A stretch of 64,000 nt of DNA from Malacoraja senta (Eukaryota). The DNA is taken from positions 8,868,001-8,932,000 of the forward strand of contig CM075997.1 in assembly GCA_038087875.1 (NCBI GenBank). Direction: 5' to 3'. The notes beneath the pieces are model-generated. The model ran no database searches. It was given only the letters and a program-made list of their open reading frames with translations, and was not told where the DNA came from. Below, piece by piece: positions 29,382-42,187 of the stretch. A program made the translations under genes and the position numbers. How positions within the stretch are numbered: the first letter of the stretch is position 1; every line of letters starts with the position of its first letter.

Positions 29382-31279
29382 TTATACTACCTCCCCCTTT
29401 TCTAATGCTAACAGCAGAATCTTCGCCTCCTTATCTTCCTCTCGCTGGTCATACTGTGTTCTAAAGGCCATCATGGCGGCGGCATTCTTGGTCAGGGCTG
29501 TCTCTATCAATCGCTGAGACAGCCCCCATACGCAGGGAATGAAACAACATCCAAATAGGCACAGCAACCCCATCATAACTACCACTGATGTTAGGGCTGA
29601 TGTAAAGATGTGCTTCCATTTCCCAAACCAGGAGTCTAGAAACCCGGTCCAGGAGGTGTCTACTCCGGAGTTCTCGGCCAATTCGATAGACAGGGAGGTG
29701 AGACCTGCTAGGGCTCTCGATACTGACCCATCAGGAGCAGTGTTGTTGGGGATAAAGGTGCAACATTGTTCCCCAAACATTACACACACCCCTCCCTTCT
29801 CAGCCAGTAGCATGTCTAAGGCCATGCGATTTTGCCAGGCCATTAGGCTGGTATCTGTCAGTTGTTCCGCTAATCCTTCAACCGCATCTCGAGTGTAATT
29901 TATAAAGCGTTGTTGATTGTAGTACAGGTAGTTGATCCAGTCCACATTTTTATTAATTGTGGACCACCAGAAGAGTATGGACTCAAAGCCCGCAGCTATC
30001 TGGTTTCTGGCTTTGAATTCATCGGGTACCCCTCTTGGCACCCCTATCGCATCTATATATATGTGTGTGTCGAATGATCCTTTCACCCCTCTCTTTTGTC
30101 GTCGGCTTCCTTCATTGAGTTCTACAGCATGTTCTACTGCTATGGTGAAGGGCATCATCAGTTGTGTGAGGGTACAGGTTCCCGTCCATGACCCCGGTAA
30201 CCGGGGCCACAGGGTATTCTCCCCGCACCACCACCAGACATCAGCTCTACTGGCTTTCTCAGCCAGGAGCTTTTGAACAGTGGCCCCTGTCCCTCAGCCG
30301 TTATGTTATACGTCTGATTGCAGTTGAGCACCTCCCCCATTTCCTGTCCATCTGGGTTATATCTGGTATAGCACTCAAATCCCTCCTCCCCAAGGGGAGT
30401 GCTAAATGGAGGAGGTCGAGGGTCTGTCCTTCGGCCCTTTGTATTGTTGTTGCTAGCCGGGAATAGGTAATGATAACTCTGGCAGGTCGCATCCTTTGGT
30501 AGGATGGGATTCGTGAATAGCTGTAGTATACATGGCATAGCCCCAGGTGTCCTATCCCAATTCAAGGGAAATGGTACTGGAACTAGCTGAGGCTTAGCTC
30601 TGGCGCAGGCGTAGCAATTGGTGTGTTGCATACTCGTGGCCGTGTACATCATCCAGGCAAGCCAGGTGTTGGCGCCCTTTCCTCTTGTAGGTATTCCCTC
30701 CTCATATAACTGCCTTAATTCTGTTTCTCCTGCTACTATCATTATCTTCAAATCCTTAGGCTCATTTTCCGTGGTGACATTTCTGACTACCGGTGGTGCT
30801 GGTGTTGCCCAGGGATCCCTACTCTGACTGTCATCTATCTGGAACCTTTCCCTCCCATCCTCATATTTTACCATATTCCCGTCCCGCTTCACTTCTATCT
30901 CAAACCTCAGGCATGCGTCCTTCCCTGTTCTATCTGCACATATCCAATACATACCACTTTCCTGCATTTGAACACTCTGTATGCTTACATATATGCGTCC
31001 TGGCAATCCCTCATTTGGGTTTTTATATACTCTCCACCTATCAGTTTGATAGGTGGGCTTATGCCACCCATTTCTTGATGAAGTGAACACCGCATGCCAA
31101 TTTCTACAGGGATGGGTGCATACATACATTCTATAGCTACACCACCATTTTCCTTTACATACATTAAATGGGATGGTGGTGGACTTTCTATTCTGTGGTA
31201 TTGTGATTTTTATACATGTTATTTTACTCACGAGTTGGGTGACCACCCAACACACGATCCACCAGCACGAAGTCTTCAT
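29382..31279 (-). pseudogene. env: Retroviral envelope (gamma-type SU-TM), one frameshift near 30255
   Basis: ATG at 31279 with a signal-peptide-like start (MKTSCWWIVCWVV); CxxC (NCYAC); furin site RQKR; immunosuppressive domain QNRMALDMLLAEKGGVC; CX6CC (CVMFGEQCC); hydrophobic TM anchor. Confidence 0.92.
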
Positions 31280-34200
31280 TTTCCGTGCGGGGTCTTGGTG
31301 AATACCAAAGTCAATGGTTCCTTCCCTTTTCGCACAGTCCACGGGCTGATATTGTCTGGTGGGGCCTCCACAGGACCCTTAAATCGGCTTGCGTGTGTCC
31401 ACCCTTTTTCTTTTGTTCGTACTGCTGTCTTGGTGATTAGTAACACCAGGTAGGGTCCAGTCCACTTAGGTTGCAGCTTTTCTTCTTTCCACGTTTTTAT
31501 TAGTACCCAGTCTCCAGCCTTGACTGAGTGAATCGGAAAGTCCAGTGGCGGGCTCTGGGCCAGCAATCCTTTAGTTTTTAGTTCTGCAAGAGATTGGGAT
31601 ATCGCCAGTAAATAGTTCCTTGGGAATACATCATTCCCTTGCATTGTTGGGACCCCTTCTATCTTTCCTAAGTATGGGAGCCCGAATAACATTTCATATG
31701 GTGATACCCCTATGTCTTTCCGAGGTGCCGTGCGGATTCTCAACAAGGCTATCGGAAGGCACTTAGTCCAGGGGAGTCTCGTTTCCTCTATCAACTTGGT
31801 GATTTGGATCTTCAAGGTGCCATTCATTCTCTCCACCTTTCCGGAGCTCTGGGGATGCCACGGTGTATGCAATTTCCATTCAATTCCTAGTGCTTCACAT
31901 ATCATTTTATGTGTTTTGGAGGCAAAATGGGTCCCTCTATCCGAGTCTATTGTTTCCACAATCCCATATCTGGGTATAATTTGCTTCAATAATACCTTGG
32001 CTACCACCTGTGAGGTGGCAGTTGCTGTGGGGAATGCCTCTACCCATCTAGTGAAATGGTCCACTACCACTAACAGGTACTTCCATCTTTGTACCCGGGG
32101 CAACTCGGTGAAATCTATCTGTATTCTTTGGAAGGGCCTAATTGCCAATGGTTGTCCTCCTCCCGGGACTGCTCTCATCATTTTCTTGTTAATTCGCTGA
32201 CATATTACACAGCCCCCTATGACTTGTTTGGCCATGGTATACATCCCACGGCAAGCGTAGGTTCTGAGGAGGGTGTCACAGAGGGCTTGGGTTCCCCAAT
32301 GGCTTTGCCCGTGCAGCGTCCCTAATAACTCCCTTATAATTTCTTTGTTCAATAGCTGCTTTCCGTCCGGTGTCCACCATTTCCCATTTGGGATAAGCCG
32401 GGCTCCCATTTCTCTCATGTGTTCCTGCTCTTTCTCACTAAAGATTGGTATCTTTTCCTCTTGTTCCCTTAAAGGTATTAGTGACATCATTTCTACCATC
32501 TGTTCTGTGGCTGCTCTTTTTGCAACCTCATCCGCTGCCCTATTTCCTCGGGCTTCCAGGGTGTTACCCTTCTGATGCCCTGCCACATGTGCTATGGCTA
32601 TTCGTTCTGGTTTCTGCAAGGCCTCCAGTGTCTGTCCTATCAATTGCTCATGCGCTAATTCTTTCCCTCGAGCTGTTATCATTCCTCGCTCTTTCCAGAT
32701 TTTCCCAAAGGTGTGTACTACCCCAAATGCGTATTTTGAATCGGTGTACACTGTTCCTTCCTTCCCCTCCAACAGTTCCAAAGCTCTCATTAATGCATAT
32801 ATTTCACAAGATTGAGCTGACCAACTACCAGGCAGCCTACCGCTTTCAATTTCCTCCATAGTTTCCCCGTTCACTATACCGTACCCACTATGTCTTTTTC
32901 CATCTATACACCTGGAGGACCCATCTATAAACCACCGGCTGCCCTCAGCCAGAGGTTGTTCTTCCAAGTCTTCTCTACTTTTTGTCTGTAAATCTATTAT
33001 TTCACTACAGCAGTGTACTGGGTCATCTCCCTCGTCGCCCTGTTTTTCTGCTGGATACAGGAATTGGGACGGGTTAAGGTTCTAATCCGTAATTATAGTC
33101 AAATCGTCTTTTTCCATCAGGATGACCTCGTACTTTAAAATTCTAGAGTCCGTTAACCATCTGTTGGATTTCTGAGTGAGTATGGTTCTCACCGTGTGTG
33201 GCGTAGAAACAACCAAAGCTCCTCCAAAGGTTAATTTTCTACTCTCCTCCACCAATATTGCAGTCGCTGCTACCGCTTGTATGCATCCCGGCCATCCCCT
33301 GGAGACTGGATCTAATATTTTTGAGAGGAAGGCCACCGGCTGTCGGTTCCCCCCTATTTTCTGGGTAAGTACCCTTAGTTCCACCCCCTTGTCTGAATTT
33401 ACGAAGAGATGGAAAGGTTGTTCTAACGAGGGTAGGGCCAACACGGGAGCAGTAATCAGACTGTTCTTTAATTTTCCAAATTCCACCTCCTGTTCAGGGG
33501 TCCACTTAACCTTATCTTTTTCTTCTCCCAATTTATCATACAGGAATTTCACCTGTTGGGCGTAATCATCTATCCACAATCGAAACTATCCTATCAACCC
33601 CAGGAATTTTCGGATCTCTTTCTTATTCCTCGGGAGTGGTACTCCCGTGATTCCAGCTATCCTTTCGGGGTTTATTCATCTCTTTCCTCCGCTTATCAGG
33701 TGTCCTAGATATTTTACCTCCTGTTCCACAAATTGAAGCTTGTTACGGGACACCCTTAACCCCTTCTTCCCCAAGAAGTTTAACAGGACTATCGTGGCGT
33801 CCCTTACTTCTTCTTCCCTCTCTCCTGACAAGAGAAGGTCGTCCACGTACTGTAGTAGTTGCGTTTCCCCGTGACCTGGGAAATCCTCCAGTACCTGCTC
33901 TAAAATTTGGCCGAATAAATTTGGTGATTCTGTAAAACCTTGAGGGAGCACCGCCCACCGGAATTGTTGCTTTCGCCCGGTGTTAGGGTTTTCCCACTCA
34001 AAGGCGAATAAGTCTCTACTCTCTGTTGCCAGCGGACAACTCCAGAAAGCGTCCTTTAAATCTACCACACTAAACCATTTGTGGCTTGGGGGTATCCGTC
34101 CCATGATGGTGTAAGGGTTAGGTACTACCGGGTGTCGGGCTCGGACTACCTTGTTCAATTCCCTCAAGTCCTGTACGAGTCTAAAGTCCCATCGGTCTTT

Positions 34201-34817
34201 CTGACTGGTAGGATCAGAGTATTGTAGGGGGACATACATGGTTCCAATACACCGTCCTTCAATAAATTCTCAATGATTGGTTGTAAGCCTTTTCATCCCT
34301 CGGTCGAGATGGGGTATTGTCTTACTCGTACTATGTCGGCACTGTCCTTTAATACTATCTGTAGAGGGGGTATTTGCAAACCTCCTCTGTTTCCTTCCTT
34401 GGCCCATACTTGATCATTAATTCTTTGCTCATCCGCCTCTCTTAGAGTATACAACTGGACCACTATCCTTCCCTCTACCGGTGCTGTGCCTATCCCCAAT
34501 TGTATTTGTAATTCTCTGCCCATTACATTTATACCAGCCTGAGGTACTAAGATCAGGTCCTCTACTGCCTCCCGGTGTCCATACCTTACATTCACGCCTC
34601 CTATCTCGGGAGCTACCATTACAGTCCCCCCTACTCCGGTAATTTTAATTCTCCCTTGTCCTGCCTTCATACCTATTGGTACTTTGGTTACACTTGATCG
34701 CTCCGCTCCTGAATCTACCATGAACACCGTATCTTCTCCCTGGGGTCCTATTTTTAGATTTACCAAGGGTTCCCTTTTATAGTCCCCCGACCCCAGGGAC
34801 GGGAATCCCTGACCCCC
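31276..34817 (-). pseudogene. pol: Retroviral pro-pol (protease, RT, RNase H, integrase)
   Basis: Protease FMVDSGA; RT DLKDAF, LPQGF, QYVDDLLL; RNase H WFIDGSS and YTDSKYAF; integrase H-H-C-C plus DFTEL, DSDRGTHF and GKVERMN. In-frame stops at 34293, 33676, 33586 and 33082, and a frameshift near 34190. RNase H-integrase (31276..32967) is open. Confidence 0.96.
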
Positions 34818-36509
34818 CTATTCATTCTCCATCATACTGTACGTACGGGACTCCGCTACACGCTCAGGGCACTCCCTTTTGAAGTGTCCTTCCTTATTCC
34901 AAAAATAACATATTGAAGGTCCTGTCCTCCTACTTTGTCCCGTACTCGTGTTTCCCCGGCCCCTGCCGAATCCTTCTCCATATCCTTCTCCATATCCCCC
35001 TCTTCCGCGGCCTCTGCCGCGTCCTCTTCCCCTGCCTCGGGAGTAACTCCCTCGCCATCCTGTACCTCCCTTTTCCTTGTCTACTACTTGCTTTACTGCC
35101 TGCAACATAATCTTTGCCTTTCCCTTCTGTTTTTCCTCATCCCTTCGCACGTACACTTTCTGGGCCTCTGTAAGTAACTGAGGCAGTAGTTTCTCATTCC
35201 AATCATGCATCTTTTCTAACTTCTTCCTTACATCAGGCCAGGATTTGGTCACGAAATTGGCCCTGAGCAGTTGTTATCCTGCCTCTGAGTCCGGATCTAT
35301 TCCGGAATACTGTTGCATGTTCTTCCTGAGTCTTTGAAGGAACACTGTCGGGGCCTCGTCTTTCTGCTGTCCATTTTCAAATGCTCGTTCAAAATTCTGT
35401 CCTTTGGGTACTCCCTCTCTAATCCCTTTTATAATTATATCCCGCAGGTCCCTCATATTCCCTCGTCCTGCTGCTGTCCCCTTGTCCCAATCTGGCTCTT
35501 GTACTGGGAATTTATCTGCGGGTGCCACATTTTGCTGCCCTGGCGGGTTCTCCTGTTCCCACTTTTTCATTGCCGCTGCCCTAATCATTTGCCTCTCCTC
35601 TGATGTGAAGAGATTCCCCATAATGGCCATCAACTCATCCCATGTATAAGTGTTTGGCCCAAGGAATTGATCTATCTGTTCCGCCAGACCTAAAGGATCT
35701 TCAAGGAGGCTTTTCATCTCCTTCTTGAAGTTCCTTACCTCGGTACTGGTTAAGGGGACATTAACAAATCCCATTCCCGCGTGGAGTCCTCCGATGGGTA
35801 CCTCCCTTAGGGGTCTAATTTTTATCGGTATTTTTCTTGCTCTGACTCCCTCTCCTGGTGGCGGGGGATTTAATTCATCTACCCCAGCCGCCTCCTGTCT
35901 TTCCATCTCCTTCTCGTCCTCACTCCTGGGGTCAGATTGTTCACTGTCGGTGTCATCACCGTCAGTAACATTGTTATTAGGTTCTTGTTTTACCCTGACC
36001 TTTCTCCTTACCACGTGAGCGGGTCCGGGTGTCACCTCTTCCACCGCCACCGCAAGTGGAGGCGGGGGTGGGATCGGTGGCGCTACTCCGGGTGGTGGGT
36101 GTACATAGGGAGGAGGTAGGTTCTCCAGTATATCCCATGGGGGTGAAGAGGGGCTTGACTGTTCAGCCTCTTCTTTTAATTTTAACAAATTACATCCCGT
36201 CTCCCATACCGCGGCATACATGGTTTCTTCTATCAACAGGTTGGGTTTATTATTCACATATACATTCAATGCCTGTCGCACCCAATCCTCATCTGACCCA
36301 TTCTTCGGCCACCAGACCGAGTCTCCTTTGATCGGGTGTTTTGGCTACTCGAAATAACAGAATCGAATCATTTTTGTCTTCTCCAATCCCATGGTATTTC
36401 TCTGCCACCAGAGGCTCAGCATTCGCCCCAACGGACTATCAGGCAGAATGCGGGGGTCGGGCTTACCGCCCTTCCCCTCCCTTTTGGGCTTTCCGTTTTC
36501 ATTGCCCAT
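34818..36509 (-). pseudogene. gag: Retroviral gag (MA-CA-NC)
   Basis: ATG at 36509 (MGNENGK, Gly2); MA-like DSPLG...WWPKNGS; PPPY late domain; major homology region QQKDEAPTVFLQRL; RG-rich NC with a single knuckle CYFWNKEGHFKREC (second Cys replaced by Trp). Premature stops at 36345-36347 and 35274-35276; terminal TAG at 34818-34820. Confidence 0.92.
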
Positions 36510-36785
36510 CCTCCCGATCGGAATTTCCCCCCGATCTATTTCCCCCCGGTCTATTTAATCGCCCGAGTAGTACTTAATAGTCAATTTTCTTACCCGGGTC
36601 TTGTGCACAATAATCACTCGATTTGGCTCCTCGCGATTTCCAACTACCACTTGTTTCTCTAATCTCTGGTCCTGGATATCACTCGCCCAAACCGCTGACG
36701 GCAAGCAAGAGGGTCCAGGGCCGCTGAATCAGCGGGGTGCACCGTCCCTTCTCCCGTATACCGCCGCCAGCTGGCCGGAGTGGCA

Positions 36786-36804
36786 ATCCCAAGACGAGCC
36801 CCCA
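36786..36804 (-). promoter_or_regulatory. Primer-binding site, tRNA-Pro type
   Basis: Minus strand TGGGGGCTCGTCTTGGGAT, 3 nt after the 5' LTR, versus the canonical tRNA-Pro PBS TGGGGGCTCGTCCGGGAT. Confidence 0.88.
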
Positions 36805-36807
36805 GGC

Positions 36808-37299
36808 TGTCGGGTGCAAATAGTGAAATAACAATCACGATGCTTAGAGAATGTAGAGAAACAAGTTTATTTATTAGCAAGTCTGCAGAGTCGGGTGTCT
36901 CCCCTGTCAAGACACACCGAGGTCGGGAATTCACTCTCTCTTATTCACATCATTTTACATTTGTTACTTTTACTCCTCCCCTTCGGGCTCTTTTCAAATC
37001 AGAGCACTGAGGTGCACACTCTACAGGTACCGCCCCTGGTGCCTCCCAGATCATACATCGCATGTACATTTAAATGAGACAACTTGTCATGATGGGCGTG
37101 TTTGCAATATTCATTTATCTCATTACGCAAGCGCATAGAGAGTTGTTCATGACCTTTATCCCAATTCTACCCGGACGGTCTTCTTATCTCCTTTTTTCTC
37201 ATCCTTGAAAAGTCACCATCTGTACTAGCGCATCTACTCCCTACTATACAAAGGGTTCTTAGTCTAAATCAACTTATACCTATTAACCCCTTCCTCACA
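36808..37299 (-). repeat. ERV 5' LTR (492 bp)
   Basis: By manual alignment it differs from the 3' LTR by 8 substitutions and one 1-bp indel. Confidence 0.96.
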
Positions 37300-39843
37300 G
37301 AACCAAGACACACACATTTTGCAAACATTTTAGAACCAAGACACACACTTTTTGCAAACATTTTAGAACCAAAACACATACTTTTTGAAAACATTTTAGA
37401 ACCAAAATACATACTTTTTGAAAACATTTTAGAACCAAAACACTTTTTGCAAACATTTTAGAACCAAGACACACAATTTTTGCAAACATTTTAGAACCAA
37501 GACACACTTTTTGCAAACAGTTTAGATCCAAGACACACACTTTTTGCAAACATTTTCGAACCAAGACACACACTTTTTGCAAACATTTTAGAAGCAAGAC
37601 ACACACTTTTTGTAAACATTTTAGAACCACAACACTTTTTGCAAACATTTTAGAACCAAAACACTTTTTGCGAACATTTTAGAACCAAAACACTTTTTGC
37701 AAACATTTTTGAACCAATACACACACTTTTTGCAAACATTTTAGAACCAAAGCACTTTTTGCTAACATATTAGAACCAATACACCTTTTGCAAACATTTT
37801 AGAACCAAGACACACACATTTTGCAAACATTTGAGAACGAAGACACACACTTTTTGAAAACATTTTAGAACCAAGACACATACTTTTTGAAAACATTTTA
37901 GAACCAAAACATTTTGCAAACATTTTAGAACCAAATCAATTTTTGCAAACAATTTAGAACTACGACACTTTTTGCAAACATTTAAGAACCAAAACACTTT
38001 TTGCAAACATTTTAGAAGCAAATTACTTTTTGCAAACATTTTAGAACCAAATCATTTTGCAAACATTTTAGAACCAAAACACTTTTTGCAAACAATTTTG
38101 AACCAAAACACATTTTGCAAACATTTTAGAACTAAAACACTTTTTGCAAACATTTTAGAACCAAAACACTTTTTGCAGACATTTCAGAACAAAGACACAC
38201 TATTTTTGCAAACATTTCAGAACAAAGACACACAATTTTTGCAAACATTTTAGAACCAAGACACACTTTTTGCAAACATTTTAGAACCAAGACACACACT
38301 TTTTGCAAACATTTTAGAAGCACGACACACACTTTTTGTAAACATTTTGGAACCAAGACACACACTTTTTGCAAACGTTTTAGAAGCACGACACACACTT
38401 TTTGCAAACATTTCAGAACCAAGACACACACTTTTTGCAAACGTTTTAGATGCAAGACACACACTTTTTGTAAACATTTTAGAACCAAGACACACACTTT
38501 TTGCAAACATTTTAGAACCAAGACATACAGATTTTGCAGACATTTTAGAACCAAGACACACACATTTTGCAAACATTTTAGAACCAAGACACACATATTT
38601 TGAAAACATTTCAGAACCAATACACACACTTTTTGCAAACATTTCAGAACCAAGACACACACTTTTTGCAAACATTTTAGAACCAAGACACACTTTTTGC
38701 AAACATTTTAGAACCAAGACACACTTTTTGTAAACATTTCAGAACCAAGACACACAATTTTTGCAAACATTTCAGAATCAAGACACACGATTTTTGCAAA
38801 CATTTTAGAACCAAAATATTTTTTGCAAACATTTTAGAACCAGGACACACACTTTTTACAAACATTTTAGAACCAAGACACTCACTTTTTGCAAACATCT
38901 CAGAACCAAGACACACACATTTTGCAAACATTTTAGAAGCAAGACACACACTTTTTGCAAACATTTTAGAACCAAGACACACACTTTTTGCAAACATTTT
39001 AGAACCAAGACACACACATTTTGCAGACATTTTAGATCCAAGACACACACTTTTTGCAAACATTTTAGAACCAAGACACACACATTTTGAAAACATTTCA
39101 GAATCAATACACACACTTTTTGCAAACATTTCAGAACCAAGACACACACTTTTTGCAAACATTTTAGAACCAAGACAAACTTTTTGCAAACATTTTAGAA
39201 CCAAGACACACTTTTTGTAAACATTTCAGAACCAAGACAAACAATTTTTGCAAACATTTCAGAATCAAGACACACAATTTTTGCAAACATTTCAGAACCA
39301 AGACACACACTTTTTGTAAACATTTTTGAACCAAAAATCACACTATTTGAAACATTTCATAACCAAAACACGTTTTGCAAACATTTTAGAACAAAAACAG
39401 TTTTTTGCAAACATTTTAGAACCAAAACACTTTTTAAAACATTTTAGAACCAAGACACACTTTTTGCAAACATTTTAGAACCAATACACACACTTTTTGC
39501 AGACATTTAAGAACCAGGACACACACTTTTTGCAAACGTTTTAGAACCAAAACACCTTTTGCAAACATTTTAGAACCAATACGCACCCTTTTTGCAAACA
39601 TTTCAGAACCAAAACGCTTTTTGCAAACATTTTAGAACCAATACACACCCTTTTTGCAAACATTTCAGAACCAAGACACAATTTTTGCAAACATTTCAGA
39701 ACCAAGACACACAATTTTTGTAAACATTTTAGAACCAAGACACACTTTTTGCAAACAGTTTAGATCCAAGACACACACTTTTTGCAAACATTTTAGCACC
39801 ATGACACACACTTTTTGTAAACACTTTAGAACCACAACACTTT
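37300..39843. repeat. Satellite DNA array, block 3
   Basis: Same 33/29-bp monomers, with visibly more point variants than block 1. Confidence 0.97.
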
Positions 39844-41485
39844 AGTTAGCAGACTTGTTGTGCGTGCCCCCTTGGGCAAGAGTGACCATAATATGGTTGA
39901 GTTCTTCATTAGGATGGAGAGTGACATTGTTAATTCAGAAACAATGGATCTGAACTTAAAGAAAGGTAACTTTGAGGATATGAGACGTGAATTGGCCAAG
40001 ATTGACTGGCAATTAGCTCTAAAAGGGTTGACGGTGGATATGCAATGGAAGGCATTTAAAGACTGCATGGATGAACTACAAAAAATGTTCATCCCAGTTT
40101 GGCAAAAGAATAAATCAGGGAAGGTAGTGCATCCGTGGATAACAAGGGAAATCAGGGATAGTATCAAAGCAAAAGATGTTGCGTACAAATTAGCCAGAAA
40201 AAGCAGCATACCAGAGGACTGGGAGAAATTCAGAGACCAGCAGAGGAGGACAAAGGGCTTAATTAGGAAAGGGAAAATAGATTATGAAAGGAAATTGGCA
40301 GGGAACATAAAAACTGACTGCAAAAGTTTTTATAGATATGTGAAGAGAAAGAGATTAGTTAAAACAAATGTAGGTCCCTTGCAGTCAGAAACAGGTGAAT
40401 TGATCATGGGGAACAAGGATATGGCGGACCAATTGAATAACTACTTTGGTTCCGTCTTCACTAAGGAAGACATAAATAATCTGCCGGAAATAGCAGGGGG
40501 CCGCGGGTCAAAGGAGATGGAGGAACTGAGTGAAATCCAGGTTAGTCGGGAAGTGGTGTTGGGTAAATTGAATGGATTAAAGGCCGATAAATCACCAGGG
40601 CCAGATAGGCTGCATCCCAGAGTACTTAAGGAAGTAGCTCCAGAAATAGTGGATGCATTAGTGATAATTTTTCAAGGGAATTGCTGGGACCCCAGCTATT
40701 TACAATATATATTAATGATTTGGACGAGGGAATTGAATGCAACATCTCCAAGTTTGCGGATGACACTAAGCTGGGGGGCAGTTTTAGCTGTGAGGAGGAT
40801 GCTAGGAGACTGCAAGGTGACTTGGATAGGCTGGGGGAGTGGGCAAATGTTTGGCAGATGCAGTATAATGTGGATAAATGTGAGGTTATCCACTTTGGTG
40901 GCAAAAACGGGAAGGCAGACTATTATCTAAATGGTGGTCGATTAGGAAATCTGAGGAAGGACATTATAGCCATAGAGGGAGTGCAGAGAAGGTTCACCAG
41001 ACTGATTCCTGGGATGTCAGGACTTTCATATGAAGAAAGACTGGATAGACTTGGCTTATACTCGCTAGAATTTAGGAGATTGAGAGGGGACCTTATAGAA
41101 ACGTACAAAATTCTTATGGGGTTGGACAGGCTAGATGCAGGAAGATTGTTCCCGATGTTGGGGAAGTCCAGGACAAGGGGTCACAGCTTAAGGATAAGGG
41201 GGAAATCCTTTAAGACCGAGATGAGGAAAACTTTTTCACACAGAGAGTGGTGAATCTCTGGAACTCTCTGCCACAGAGGGTAGTTGACGCCAGTTCATTG
41301 GCTATATTTAAGAGGGAGTTAGATGTGGCCCTTGTGGCTAAAGGGATCAGGGGGTATGGAGAGAAGGCAGGTACGGGATACTGAGTTGGATGATCAGCCA
41401 TGATCATATTGAATGGCGGTGCAGGCTCGAAGGGCCGAATGGCCTACTCCTGCACCTATTTTCTATGTATCTATGTATCTATGTA
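39844..41485 (+). mobile_element. CR1-clade LINE (HER1-like), 5'-truncated with two internal deletions, inserted in the satellite
   Basis: Endonuclease end LGKSDHN; KSPGPD.LHPRVLKE; LGPQLFTIYINDL; KFADDTK; SLEFRRLRGDL; tail (TCTATGTA)n. Possible TSD aacacttt at 39836-39843 and 41487-41494. Confidence 0.92.
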
Positions 41486-42187
41486 AAACACTTTTTGCAA
41501 ACATTTTAGAACCAGTACACACACTTTTTGCAAACATTTTAGAACCATGACACACACTTTTTGCAAACATTTGAGAACCAAGACACACTTTTTGCAAACA
41601 TTTTAGAACCGAGACACACACTTTTTGCAAACATTTTAGAAGCAAGACACACACTTTTTGTAAACATTTTAGAACCAAGACACACTTTTTGCAAACATTT
41701 TAGAACCGAGACACACACATTTTGCAAATATTTTAGAACCAAGTCACACACTTTTTGAAAACATTTTAGAACCAAGACACACACTTGTTGCAAACATTTT
41801 AGAACCAAGACACACACATTTTGAAAACATTTTAGAAACAAAACACTTTTTGCAATCATTTTAGAACCAAAATACATTTTGCAAACATTTTAGAACCAAG
41901 ACACACACTTTTTGCAAACAATTTAGAAGCAAGGCACACACTTTTTGTGAACATTTTAGAACCAAGAGACACACTTTTTGTAAACATTTTAGAACCAAGA
42001 CACACACTCTTTGTAAACATTTTAGAACCAAAAATCACACTATTTGAAACATTTTAGAACCAAAACACTTTTTGCAAACATTCTAGAACCAAAACACTTT
42101 TTTGCAAACATTTTAGAACCAAAGCACTTTTTAAAACATTTTAGAACCAAGACACATATTTTTTGCAAACATTTTCGAACCAAGACA
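41486..42187. repeat. Satellite DNA array, block 4
   Basis: Same monomers. Confidence 0.97.

Larger units (their letters stand above)
28855..37299 (-). mobile_element. Full-length endogenous retrovirus, class I (gamma/epsilon-related, probably HERV-I/IP-like); defective provirus
   Basis: Two ~491-bp direct LTRs; 4-bp target-site duplication GAAC (28851-28854 and 37300-37303); PBS; gag, pro-pol and env in order on the minus strand. Confidence 0.97.

Noticed and set aside
29539..37077. Plus-strand (antisense) ORFs over the ERV as accessory genes
   Set aside because: They are short shadows of the coding strand with no recognisable motifs.
28855..37299. APOBEC-type hypermutation of the provirus, or a domesticated syncytin-like env
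   Set aside because: Only one stop is clearly TGG->TAG; the others fit C->T or random decay. Env itself is frameshifted.
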